A stretch of 64,000 nt of DNA from Amoebophrya sp. A120. Its lineage: Eukaryota > Protista > Dinoflagellata. The notes under the pieces are model-generated. The model searched no databases and had not been told where the DNA came from. It worked only from the letters and a program-made list of their open reading frames with translations. Below are positions 13,201 through 25,498 of the stretch, piece by piece. The number at the start of each line of letters is the position of its first letter. Positions within the stretch are counted from its first letter, which is position 1. A program made the position numbers and the translations under genes. Location of the stretch: positions 11,396,733 through 11,460,732 of the forward strand of contig CAJINV010000003.1 of assembly GCA_905178155.1 (NCBI GenBank), written 5' to 3'.

Positions 13201-16200
13201 TTGTTGGAGATGAAAAAGGCGCAAATTCTTGCTTACGTCATTATATCCGTCGCTTTCCTCCGGGTCGTGAAAGGTGTAGATTCCGGAGTCGATTATGGAA
13301 GCGTCAGGATAGAAATCGACATCAAAGCCGAAAAATTTGAAATGCATGAAATCGATACAACCACTTAGAGTTAGAGTTAGGCCCACAGTCTGTAGGCGGC
13401 GCATGACAAATCATACCTGTCCTGGAAGCGAATCTGTAGTCGCGCGGTTTAGGGAAAAAGAGCTCCCTTCTGCCACGCTAGTCAACTACAGCCCAACTCT
13501 TGACCCTTACCGGGACCATAATCCGCCTTCCTTGCATCCTCCGCAATAGAGTCGCTTTCGTTTCTGGGAGGTCGCATTTTATTATGCATTCCAGATCGAC
13601 TTTGTCGATTTCGATCCTGACGCTTCCATATCGATCGGCGTATCCGTACAACCGGACGAGGACGCGCTAGACACGGGCACGGGAACGACGAGTTCGCCCT
13701 CCAGCGTACTGGTCTTTCGCAAGCCTGCCCCCGAGGGCAGGGACGGCAGCAGCCAGCTGCGCGCGACATGGTCCGCGGAAGGGGTCGTCGGTGCGCCGTG
13801 GTACGCCGAGGAACTCCCCAGGTCCAGGTGCCGGCTCAGCGAGTTTTTGCGGACGACGCTGCCGCCGTTTACGACCGGTGTCGTGCGGCCCTGACTCACA
13901 TCGTTGCTGTGAAAGAACTTGCCGCTGCTGCTGAACGCACCAAGCGGAGTGGCGGCTGTGGAGGAAGGCGTCTCTGCCAAGCAGTCTGCGAGAGATAGGG
14001 TTCGGACCTTCTTGTTCGTGGTCCCGGATTCCACCTCGGAGATGTTGTCCCCCCGTGCAGCAGGTCTCAGCTTCAGCGTGCTCGGCTTCAAGAAATCTGG
14101 AATGTTGCAAGCGGCAGATGTTGCGCCCCTAGTACCCGCGCCGGTCGCCGTGAACCTTTCCAAGCCTGGCGGTTCCCGTGTGGGCAAGCTCATAATACGG
14201 GTCCTGCGCTCGATGCCAAAAGGGTTCATGGAAGGCCCAGGATGGTCGCGAAACTTTGGCGTGAAAAACCCGGCCGAGGAGCCGGTGCAGCTTCTGTATT
14301 GGTCGTATTTCTGCATCATAGAGAAACTGTCCCCCGGCGACGTGGTCGTCAACGCTCCGCAACTGGAATGCGCGCGGCGCTTTTTCAGGGAACCTAAACC
14401 GGGATGGTCGGTTTCCTTTTTCGCCGGAGTCAAGTCCTCCGTGCAGTGCAACCAGAATGCAGGAATCAGAAGCGTGTCCCCCGCCTCCAGAATTACTTCA
14501 CGCCTGCGATGTGATGAAGTAGAACATGTCCTATTTGCAAGATACGAATACATTTTCATTCATCATCGAGTTTGGTCACCTCTATGACTCCACTGCCACT
14601 GACTAAGAACCTTCAGCGTCGTACTACGTACTGTATTGTGAGTACAAGTACTTTCGTACTACAACATTAAAACAAAATGTATGCAGGACTTCGAAGCTGC
14701 AAAGTTGTCACTAAGGGGTACAAGTACCGATCCTCCCAGGCCTTTTTGACGTCGTGTTTTGGAAACTGCTTCTGTAGAGCTTCCCAATCCTTTTTTGATA
14801 ACGCAGTCAGCAAGCGCGAACCCAATGCCGAACTCGAACTGGTTGCGTCCAATATCCTAAGCACAAACGTCCCCGCCCCTAAGTCAAGACGGAGGTTCAG
14901 ATTGGTCTTTTCCGGTTGTACACAAGAAACTCCAAATTCAAGATGGGAATTTTGGTACACGAGCCAGCGACTTTCGTGTCTTGCGCGCAACAGGCTTGTT
15001 ATAACAAGATCATTACACTGCGAGGCCAACTAACATGTAGCTGGCTTCGCAGTGTAAGTAATGATCTATCATGTATAGAGTATGTTTAGCAAATGCAGCC
15101 ACGTCAGAAATTGAGCAGACCTCATCCTGATTCTAGCATGAGAGGCTTCCAGAGTGATATTAACGTTGATTGGAGCATACTGCGCATGAGAAACATTCTA
15201 AGCTTCCAAATTTGCATGGGTGGGGGGCGTTAGTACTCAGCATATCGAAGCAGAGATCCTCTATGTAGCAGGGATGGAAAAGAACCACCCGCTTTCTCCC
15301 ATGCACTTGGCAAAGCAGGTTGTCACACACGTCATAGTGCAGCCAAATCTGTTGTGTGAGTGTGTAGTGATACAAAAACTTTTCAGCTAGCCACCCGGCG
15401 AGTGATATTAGGGGAGATTCATTTAACGTTTCTAATTTGTGCGTCGTGCTGTCGTACGAATCTGCGGATTCATTTTCGAGCTGCGTCAAATATAGCATCT
15501 TGGTCGCAGGAGCATATCTTTCTACACAGACGAAGGCAAAGCGTCTGATGGATACAAAAAAAACGAAGGATCATCTTCGCACATGCATAAATGCGAGGAT
15601 CTTTTCAAGTTACACGCCCGCGAGCGTACCTCCATTGACTTAACTATAACTTAGATACTCACTATAGAATAAGTACTTCACACCACATGTGAGTTCAGCG
15701 AAAATCGGGTTATTACCTGGGACTTCTGAGAGCACATCCGCAGAACAGTGGAGTGGACATCGGTCGAGCGCCCCATGTATCCGGTGCAAATATGTCTGGG
15801 CTTGGAAGATGAGTCTGAGTTTGTGGCGCTCGACCAAATCAATCAAGACAAAAACTTGTAGTACTCCATGATGCCAAGAAATAGCAAAAATGCCCACTCT
15901 CTCTGGTCATCCGAAAACAATAGTACTTCTCAGACAGGAAAAAAGGCACCTCCGTCCAGGAGCCTGTCATACCTTGTGATGCCAAGAGAACAGCACTCCA
16001 AACTAAAACTTCCTGGATGGTGCTGGTCATGCAAATCGTGCATTGCAAACCTTGCAATCTTCCCGACCATCCAGATCGATATTTGCAATTGATATCTTGA
16101 GAAGAAACTCCGGTGCTTCAAAATCCTCCACCAGCGGCGGCACCGTGTTTTCGAGTTGCGCAGGGCCCCGAGTCGTGTTACTCACAGCACGGCGCTTATG

Positions 16201-19200
16201 GAATGTTACAAAAAGGGCCGCCACCAGCACTCGTCGGTAGCAGTTTCATTTATGTCGTAGGATGGAAGTACTCATTGTGTCTGGAGCGACAACTTGCAGA
16301 GCCAACATAAAAGCTCAAAATCAAAATGAAATTTAATGAGAATCATCGCGAATATTAAAAAAAGTTAGCTGGTGGTGGTGCCGTGCAGTTGACATTGCTC
16401 CACGCACAATGGGTATTCTTCACGTTGTGTTTTTTGTGCTCAACATCTCTTACTGCCAGAATAATGAAGTGCTGCAAACATGCACCAGATGCAAGTACCT
16501 ATACAAGGACGGTGATGGTCTTTTTTTTTCCGGGGGTAGTAGTAGTAAAATTTCTTGCCACCCCGATAATTTGTTACTCCGTCTCCAGATGAAGTTCGAG
16601 GCGCGGCGTTCATTTTATCGTCATTTTCTTCCCCGAGGCCTTGGTCGACAGGGAGGCAAGCTTGACCAGACAATTGTTACTTTATCCAAGTGCACAACTC
16701 CCATCGGCAGCGACATACTACTTTGCATGGCATTTACAGAAGCAACAACACGCGAAGCGAAGTGCAGGTTTGGGCCCCGAAATGACTTATTGCAGAATAG
16801 GAGCGGTACAGAAGTAGAAAAAAGGTAAAATTAAATATTACAGGTGTGGGGCGCGGTCGTTTAGAGTTCTGCAAAACAAACGGGCTGGACGAGGGAAAAT
16901 TGTGCACAAGCATATCTTTTTCTGGAGCTCGATCATCACACTCTTGCTGGTGAAGCAGAATCTCCGAAAATTTCTTCGTCACATATTGAAAGGACTTCTG
17001 CCTGTAAAAGTTTTTTCCTTTGAAAGGTTACGACTTCTCAATGCAAAAAGACCTTAACAATATCAATCCTATCGAGTGCTAAGCAAATGAAAAAGCGAAA
17101 CGGACAGGAGTAGACGGGAAATAAGTAGAATTCAGTCCTTGCGCTTCTGCTTTTTTCATTTTGAGAAAAGATGAGGCACTCAGGGCGGTTCGAAGCAATT
17201 TTCGAACAGTTATAATATTTTTTACCTGTAGTCAAACGCCGGAGTGGGGTTCTCGTGAAAAGACGTCTGCAAATGGCCAATCTTCTCGAGCAAGTACTTT
17301 TTCGATTTCCATCTTTCCATACAGGGCCCCAGCCGGCAGTTACGCCACACGTGGGGCTCCAAAGTCGCGTGGTCCCGGGTATCCAACAGAAATATTAACG
17401 CGGCTCTCGAAATAGAAAATCTCAGAGAGTCTCTATTTGAAATAGAGACTCTCTGAGGAAAATAGAAATTCTCGATAAAGAGTATCGCTTTTTTCTTCTT
17501 CTTTCTTTCTTTTTCTTTCTTTTTTCTTCTTTTTCTGTTTCTTACTGTTTTCCCACATGTTTTTTACTATATTTCAGCAGCTCCTCCACCAGTGGCGAAG
17601 CCGAAATAGAGACTCTCCATCCCAAATAGAGATTCTCCATCTGGGATAGAGAATCTCTATCTGGGATAGAGATTCTCTATCTGAGATGCTAGGTTGCCAG
17701 CCAGCAACCCAGGAAGCCTGGCTACCAGCCTGGCAACCCAGGCTTTGCTAGCCTGCCAGCCTGCTGGCAACCCAGGCTTTGCTAGCCTGCCAGCCTGCTG
17801 GCAACCCCGGCTTTGCTAGCCTGCCAGCCTGCTGGCACCCAGGCTTTGCTAGCCTGCCAGCCTGCTGGCAACCCAGGCTTTGCTAGCCTGCCAGCCTGCT
17901 GGCACCCAGGCTTTGCTAGCCTGCCAGCCTGGCACCCCGGCTTTGCTAGCCTGCCAGCCTGGCACCCCGGCTTTGCTAGCCTGCAAAGCCTGGGTGCTAG
18001 TCTGCCAGCCTCTCAACCAAGGCTTCGCTAGCCTGCAAAGCCTGGGCGCAGCCCGGCCGTCTAGCGGCAGCCCGCACGATTATCTTCGCGACGCACGCCC
18101 ACACCAGCTAGGTGTGGCGCGCGATAACATAGGAGCGCGCGGCGCTCCTCGAAAATCTTTGATGGACCCACTTAGCGGCCTCCCACCCACGGCGCCAGAC
18201 ACGGCACGCGAGAGCACCCACGCGCCTGCCCGAGAGGTGGCCCGCGCGCACAGCGCGCGAATTTTTTTTTGGCCCCCACAACGTCGGTCCGCCGCCGCCT
18301 AGGTGCGGCGCGCAGAAAACGGCAGCCAGCACGAAAGAAAAAGCCCAGGCGGGCGGAGCGCGACGAGTTTTTTTTTTCATTCCCGCAAACAACGCCGGGG
18401 GGTCGCGGCGCACGAAAAGGGGCGCGCGCCGCCTGCTCGAAAAAACGGACACCAGACGCGCAAGAACGCAGGAGAATTTATCCCATTCCATCGATCCAAC
18501 CACGATGCACGGCTGCAGCCCGCGCGAGAGAATTTAACCCATCCCCCCCGCACTCCGCGCGCGCGACCACAATGCGCGAGAACTTTTTTTCAATCCCAGC
18601 AAACGCGCCACCATGTGTGGCGCGCGCAAAGAAGTGCGCGGCCGCCCAGTAGAAGAAAAAGCGCGCGCGCAGCGCGCAAAAAATTTGTAGTTCGACCCCA
18701 CATCGCCACCAAGCGCGAAGCGCGGGCGACGAAAATACGCGACCGGCCAAGGAAAAAGACGCGCAAAAACTTTTTGCATTCGATTCCGCATCCAGCGCCA
18801 CCAGGCGCGCCGCGCGGGCGACGGGGGTGCGCGGCCGCTCAGAGAGAAAAACTCGCGCGCGTGCAGCGCGCGAAATTTTTTTGAATTCGGCCCCATACCC
18901 ATCGCCACCAGGGGCGCCCGCGCGGCGCTCGGGCGGCCGGGGTGCGCGGCCGCTCTGAGAAAAAAACTCGCGCGCGCTCAGGGCGCGAAATTTTTTGGAA
19001 GTCGATCCCACACCGCCACAACACGCGGCGCGCGGGCGATCGGAGTGCCCGGCCGCTCAGAGGAAAAAACTCGCGCGCGCGCAGCGAGGGAAATTTTTTT
19101 GAATTCACTTCCACATGCACCACCACCAAGCGCGGCGCGCGGGGGGGGCCGGCGACGGGGGTGCGCGGCCGCTCAAAGAAAAAAAACGCGCGCGCGCGCA

Positions 19201-22200
19201 GCGCGCGAAAATTTTTGGAATTCGATTCCTCATGCCATGGCCACCAAGCGCGGCGCACGGGCGACGGAAGCGCGCGGCCGCTCAGAGAAAAAAATTTGCG
19301 CGCGCGCTGCGCGCGAAATTTTTTGGAATTCGATCCAACACCGCCACCAAACGAGGCGCGCGGGCGGTGGGAGTGCCCGGCCGCTCAAAGAAAAAAACTC
19401 GCGCGCACACAGAGCGCGAAAATTTTTTGAATTCACTTCCACACGCATCGCAACCAAGCGCGGCGCGCGGGGGGGCGACGGGGGTGCGCGGCCGCTCAAA
19501 AAAAAAACTCGCGCGCGCACAGCGCGCGAAAATTTCTTGAATTCTACTCCGCATGGCCACCAAGCGCGGCGCACGGGCAACGGAAGCGCGCGGCCGCTCA
19601 AAGAAAAGGATTTGCGCGCGCGCAGCGCACGAAATTTTTTGGAATTCGATCCCACACCGCTACCAAACGCGGCGCGCGGGCGGTGGGAGTGCCCGGCCGT
19701 TCAAAGAAAAAAAAACTCGCGCGCGCGCAGCGCGCGAAAATTTTTTGAATTCGATTCCGCATGGCCACCAAGCGCGACGCGCGGGCAACGGGAGTTCGCG
19801 GCCGCTAAGAGAAACAAAATCGCGCGCGCGCAGCGCGCAAAAATTTTTTGAATTCGATTCCGCATGGCCACCAAGCGCGGCGCGCGGGCATGCAACGGGA
19901 GCGCGCGGCCGCTCCGAGAAACAAACTCGCGCGCGCGCAGCGCACGAAAATTTTTTGAATTCGATCCCGCATCGCTACAAAGCGCGGCGCGCTGGCGACG
20001 GCGCGCATATTTATTTTTCGATACCAGCACGCCGCAAGATTGATGTGGTGCGCGGGCCGGCGAAAAGGTGCGCCCGGCTGCTCACAAGAAAAAGCCCCCG
20101 CGTCGCAGCGCGCAGAAATTTTTTTCATTGCCGCCACGCCGCCAGATGCCGCGCATCGGCGAGCAAGAGCGTTTGGCCGCTCAAAAAGAAGCCCGCGCGC
20201 GCACAGTGTGCGCAATATTCTCTATTTCCCCTACGCCGGCCGCCAGGTCGGTGCGGAATTATTCTTTCTTTCCCCGCAACTGACGGCGGGCAAAAAAAGA
20301 ATGAAAAAGCTGAACCCCCAGAGGCCGAAACATGCACAGGAACTTTTTTCCCCGTCCATGGGCACGGAACAAAAAGAGCATTTTGAAAAAGTCAAGCGAG
20401 AGTGGGCTTTTGCGCCAGAGGAAGGTCAACAGCTTTTCTTTGCGCCAGGCGAAGGCGAAGAGCAGACGCAACCGAAGACAAAGCGGGAGCCGATAGATTC
20501 GACGCGGGAGATTCTCTATACGGAGAATCTCTATTGGGGCGTTGGAGAATTTCTATTGGATTTTTTTTTTCTAGACACAGTGACAGGAATTCAATCAGCG
20601 ACACAAATTTACTTTTGCGTGCTCTGGTGCAGGCGTCGTTTGGTGATGAAAAGGCCGTACGCATTGCGACCAGCACAACTCTCTCGATAAATATAAAACT
20701 AAACTTAAAAGGTGAACATGAGATCTGGTGAAGACTGGTATATTTATATTTTATTCTGGTAGCACTCTTATTTTTTTCTGGTATTGGCGTACAACTCTTT
20801 ATCTGTTGGATACCGGCCACGACACGGCTTGTAGTTCCCGTGGTCCTCGCGCTCGTGCAACCCGTCTGTGTCTGGCACTACTTGTTGCCTTGCTTGCTGA
20901 GGCTGGTGTACTTCGTGTACGGCGTCTATTTGTTGGAGCGGTAACACAGGAAAGCCACTGGCTTCCTCCACCTCGTCTCGTTGGAGGAGAGGCTCTCCCT
21001 GCTCCGGTGTCTTTTTCTGCACGTGTTCGCAGCCCGACTCTGTCTTGACCGACGCTGTCTTCTGCAGTAACGCTAGCGGTTCTTTCCTCTCGTCCTCCCC
21101 CAGCGGGTCGTGCTCTTTTTGCAGCGCGGCCTTGGAACTACAAATAACACGGGCGATCTCCGCATCGTAAGTAGTTTCGCGAACAGCCTTGTGTTTCGCC
21201 ATGCTCGGCTCCTCACTAACCTGCGATAGGGTTGGCAACAGGCGACCGAGACCGCTCGGAGGTTGTCCTAGTACTCCTGCCTTCGTGGTGAGCCTGTTCG
21301 AGAAAGTCGGCAAGAGCGAAGAACTCATCATCTTCGCGGGGGGTGCAGTGGTCGTGCCGACAGCAGCCGCATTTTTCGCATGCATCTGCTGTTGCTCCTG
21401 CACTTCAACAGTCTTACAACTCATCGTGGGACTCACGCTGCTGTTCTTGTAGTGCAGAGAAGGACCTAGTACTTCCTGCTGCGTAGCAGATGCTTCTGGG
21501 CCCCCTAGGGAAGTACGCGCACGACTCGTCGCGGCGTTAGTGCTTGTTTCTGTACTAGATTTTACAATACTGGGCCCCTTGTTACAACTCATAAGTCCAC
21601 GAGAAGCAGCACCATTCTTCACGTGTTCTTTATTTTCAGTCGTTGTGGTCAGAACTGCCGTTGCACTACCAGGGTCCACCTTCGCCGTACGTTGTGCTCC
21701 ACTCACCTTCGAAGATGATGCTGTCGGACGAACTGCACTACCCTGAAGTTGTAGACAACTTCCGGGGGCAATTGTGTAGTGCTGACCTTTCGGTTTCTTG
21801 TGTGGCAGGGGCAGCGCCGGCGCAAACAGTTGTCCTGCAGCACCTGCTGCTGCCGGCGGCGGCTGCGGCCCCGCCAGCGCTGCCGCCGCCCGAGCCTGCA
21901 TGTTTACTTCATGCTGGATGTAAGCCGCCGCTTGTGCAGCGCACCGTGCGTTGTAAGCATTCGCGGCGGTCGCGTACGACGCCGCTGCGGCGGTCTGTTG
22001 CGCAAACTGTGCGTACAGATTCTGCTGCTGCTGCTGCTGCGCCGCGAAGTGGTGTGCCATGCTAGCTGCATGTTGTTGTTGAATAACAGCCGCACGATGA
22101 AGGCGAGCTGCTTCGTCTTGGTCTTCACACGAAGTGGCATTAATACTGGTTGATGTCGCTGCACCGGCAGCACCGGCATCTGCGCCCCCTGCCGGACCGC

Positions 22201-23257
22201 TAGCACTGCTGGCCCCAGCTGCACTAGAGGAGGTAGTCGCAACATGATTATACGCGGCCGCGGCCACAACGCCGGCATTGTAGGCCGCAACAGTTGTTCC
22301 AGCGTCCGCCTGCCCAACGTTAATCACGGAGGAGGAGCTACCGGATTTTTTCTTCAGATAGGGAGGCTTCACGGGCCCCTATTACAATGAAAAGTGCCCC
22401 GACCCCGAAAGTTGGAATGCATGTTGATGTTTCCGGCAATGCGCATGACAATATGAATATATGAGGTTTTCAAATGCGAAAGCATGAGTAACCCTTTCAC
22501 CACACCTCAACAACCCATGTGATCACAAAACTTTTTGTCATGCCTCGAAGGACTAAAAGTGGTCTTTCTCACGCACATAAATCTAGGCACGCGGACGCGA
22601 GACATGTTGATCTCTGAGACAACACTAGCAGGGGCGGCTGCTCGCGGGCTCTTTTGCAAGAAACAAGCAGTGGGATTTTACTATTCGGCATGGAAAATTT
22701 GCGCAGCTGATATATGCCAGATGGGAGATGCTTCCATGGACAAGTTTTTAAGTCGGATTATTGAAGCAACGGGACCACCTCCCCGGGCCCCTTGTTGGAT
22801 CCGCAACATGCGGCGGGTCGCACTGCTGGCCTTTGCATTTTTCGCGCTCGCTCTTTTTCTCTCGGGCGGAATGTCCGTCGAGCCCTTCGCTTTTTTTTGC
22901 GAAGATGCAAAGTAAGGGGCGCGGGGTTTTGAAAGTGCAGAAATGCTTGGCGATGTACGATGCAAATTATTCCAAGTTCTGGAGTAGGGGCGCTTTTCAA
23001 TACGATAATGGCGGCTGGGCCTTCTCGGGAGACGACGTTGTCGAGGGATCAGAAGCCGAAAAGTGCGTGGCCGCGTAGCGGTTGTTATACAGATGCGCCC
23101 GCATGGCAGCCGCCTGTTGCGCCGGCATCATCTGCGGTACGGGCTGACTGTGATCGTACTGATAAACCAGAACGGAACCATCACCGTCTCCTGACACCCC
23201 ATAGCCACCTCCGGACACAACCTCGGGCGGATATTGGTAGTCAGGAAATTCCTCCAT
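10254..23257 (-). CDS. TYW5: TYW5-like JmjC tRNA wybutosine hydroxylase, ~15 exons, with long low-complexity extension and insertion
   Basis: Spliced blocks follow TYW5 order (from my recall of the family): [14 protein letters not shown]; [18 protein letters not shown]; [29 protein letters not shown]; [39 protein letters not shown]; [18 protein letters not shown]; GISVNIFF...[13 protein letters not shown]; [28 protein letters not shown] introns: 17002-17225, 15349-15716, 14504-14727, 12175-12558, 10557-10939. The others are TIR elements; the ~16612-16914 junction is uncertain. Confidence 0.85.
11414..11753. mobile_element. Introner-like element, family C (340 bp)
   Basis: TATCCTGTGTAAAGCCGTC / TATTCTGAGTAAAAGCGTC TIR; flanks TGACA/TGAAA; removing 345 bp is in frame. 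Confidence 0.8.
11829..12134. mobile_element. Introner-like element, family D (306 bp)
   Basis: TATGCATTACAAA / TATCAACTGCAAACATGTCTGGG TIR; flanks TGGAG/TGGAC; removing 311 bp restores frame. Confidence 0.75.
13294..13630. mobile_element. Introner-like element, family B (337 bp)
   Basis: TIR TATGGAAGCGTCAGGAT(A/C)GAAATCGACA; perfect TSD TCGAT; removal gives [13 protein letters not shown]. Confidence 0.9.
14853..15244. mobile_element. Introner-like element, family C (392 bp)
   Basis: TATCCTAAGCACAAACGTCCCC / TATGCTGAGTACTAACGCCCCC; flanks TCCAA/TCGAA; frame restored (LCFD/ATSSSS). Confidence 0.8.
15778..16094. mobile_element. Introner-like element, family D (317 bp)
   Basis: TATCCGGTGCAAATATGTCTGG / TATCAATTGCAAATATCGATCTGG; flanks CCATG/TCTTG; removal links the APEFLLK and HSTVLRMCS blocks of TYW5. 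Confidence 0.8.
16197..16538. mobile_element. Degenerate introner-like element/intron (~342 bp)
   Basis: TA ends with weak TIR and no clear TSD; removing 347 bp joins KKFYYY to RAVS in frame. Confidence 0.45.
17734..18046. repeat. Minisatellite, 29-34-bp unit
   Basis: Tandem CAACCCAGGCTTTGCTAGCCTGCCAGCCTGCTGG, about 9-10 copies, decaying at the ends. Confidence 0.95.
18640..20010. repeat. CpG-rich satellite, ~107-bp unit with A/T tracts
   Basis: Unit GCGGCCGCTCAAAGAAAAAAACTCGCGCGCGCGCAGCGCGCGAAAATTTTTTGAATTC...; GAATTC-like anchors near 18883, 18998, 19101, 19218, 19326, 19429, 19540, 19642, 19747, 19850, 19957. Confidence 0.9.
22380..23007. mobile_element. Introner-like element, family C-like (628 bp, possibly compound)
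   Basis: TATTACAATGAAAAGTGCCCCGACCCC / TATCGTATTGAAAAGCGCCCCTACTCC TIR; TSD decayed; removing 633 bp joins ORFs 22997-23380 and 20768-22372 in frame. Confidence 0.65.
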
Positions 23258-25498
23258 TTTCGAAAAAGAGTAAAAAATATTCAATATGAAGACCTTTTCT
23301 TTGTAGTATTGCGAAAAGCAAAAACAACCTTCAGTAAAACGGGTGAAACGAAAGAAAAAACGAGCAATTATTCCCCACAAGAACTCTCAGAAAATCAAAA
23401 CACTTAGTTTTCCGGTTTTGTGGAGGTCCTCGGATAAAGAAATAGAGATTGATAAGCGTAAAAATGTTCGGTGGATCGGAGCTAAAGAGCAGCCAACGCA
23501 GGTTGAATACTGTGGCTATGAGTGGTTCAAAGACGACGAAAAATCGAAGAAAGCGTAATTTGTCTGTCTGTGTAGATGTCGAAGTAGCTGCTCATCTGAT
23601 AGAAATACCTACAAAGGCGACCGTAGTACTGCAAGGCACTGCTTGGTCCGTCTAGGCACGAAAATTGGCACTCGCGCTGGGGGGAGCGAGCCTATTTCGC
23701 AGCCCAAGGCTAGTGCTTATCTCCTTTTGATGCTGCTAAATATCCTACAACAGGGAACTATAATTTGGTTTGATGTATATATATATAGTTTCTCCATGCT
23801 AGCGAGGCCTCCAAAAAAAGAAAAGCAGAGAAAAAAGCTGCAGTCCTTATGGTTGCTACTGCGATTTTTTGTCGAAAACGAACGGACTGCTGAGAATCTA
23901 GAGTAGATGGTGATGGCTGAACGCTATAAAATGGACATCCGAGATACTGGAAATAGAATAGCTGAAGACAGAAGGACGAGAAGCAGGTCCCGAAAGACGC
24001 TACCAAAAATGAAACTTTATTTTCGTTGTTCGCGCTTGTTGTACATAGTACGTACTTCTATTGTAGAGTATTGATAGCCTATTCGCTTAATAGCCTACAT
24101 TACAACTGCTATTCCACATAACCGCGGTTACCCTGACTCTGGTCTAAAAAAGTAAAACCTGACAATAATACATAATCGATCGTCTTGCGCAGCTGCTCTG
24201 TGCTGGCTGGGGTGGAGTGTATTCCTAATAGAATGAATAGTGTTAATGCTGGCCGGCGACACCTGCTCAACATCCAGATTACTTTACAGCTGTGTGCGAA
24301 GGCGAAATCTTCTTCACAACTTCAATATGTGCTAGCTTACGAATGCCTGTGCCGAGAGCAGGAGGCAATAATGTGTTCAATCAAAAAAAGAAACCCATCC
24401 TTATAACATAGGAGTTTATGTTATCTGCAATAGATAAATAAATCAAAAACACCAGTAAATATTGAAGAACAAGAATTGTCGTGAACGGGGAAAGGAAATC
24501 CGAATCCTGTTAGTTAGGTTTTCAGAATTGGCACGAGAATCCAAGAAATTGGATCACTGCAGCACACCACACGCACAGCGAGAGAATGCATGACAGTCAT
24601 TTTGATCAAAAAATCCAGCGAAGTTGACAAACATCTTTGTCGTGCATCGGGGTTTCGAAGCTCGCTGCAGGGGACGTTCTTGGCACTAATTTTTAGGATC
24701 TCTGTGTACATGCTGTGTCGCACAGATCTTCACGAGGAGGTCTACATGCGTGTTACACCATTTGGTCTACATGCGTCGTACACCCTTTCAATTTCTGTGA
24801 TCAATTGGGTTTTCCGTCTATTTTGAAGATCAAGATTGACAACAGGCTTACAATATTTTTCTGATCAGCTGGACTCCGAGTCCGATGTTGATCCCGTACT
24901 GCATTTAAGACATTTTTCTTATCAGATCCCGTACTTAGGTCTTTGCCTTGTTTGGTATTGTAAATTACATATCAATCCGATTTCGTTTTAGAGAAAACGT
25001 GATCAACAGGGATCACATTTTGCCGCGTTGAACTGTGATTTCATCCACCTTCAACTTTTTTTCTATTTTACACAGCGCTCATCAGCATTCGCATGATCGT
25101 CCTGTTCTGTGTCCGCGTCGCATTTTTCAGATCGTCCGACTAGTCATGCCCGCGCGGCGCTGGTGGTTGGAGTAGCACCAACAATTGACGAGCGAATTAT
25201 GCTGCGATTCTTATATGTTAGAATCTATCATCGATGCCCTCGCGAGGAGGTGTAGCAGAGAGAGATGTTTACAGCAGAGAACTTATTGCTACTGTGATTC
25301 TCAGTAGCGATCCTAGCCACTTCTCAATCGATGTCCCACTCCTGCTAACATGCACCGCGTCAATCTTTGCGAGAGCGCAAGGGCGATTTGTTGGGGAAGA
25401 TTGATGTACTCCTTTGTCTTCGCATCGTTTTGGTCACCACCTATACTTTGGTTTATAATTGTAGTTTAATCTCCCTAAATTTCTTTGGAGTCGTGCCT

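Larger units (their letters stand above)
17380..20812. mobile_element. Giant (3433 bp) introner-like intron carrying satellites
   Basis: Perfect 11-bp TIR TATCCAACAGA; flanks CCGGG/CCGGC; removing 3438 bp gives [24 protein letters not shown] in frame. Confidence 0.8.

Noticed and set aside
17813-20690. Many Arg/Ala-rich ORFs on both strands
   Set aside because: They are translations of stop-poor satellite DNA.
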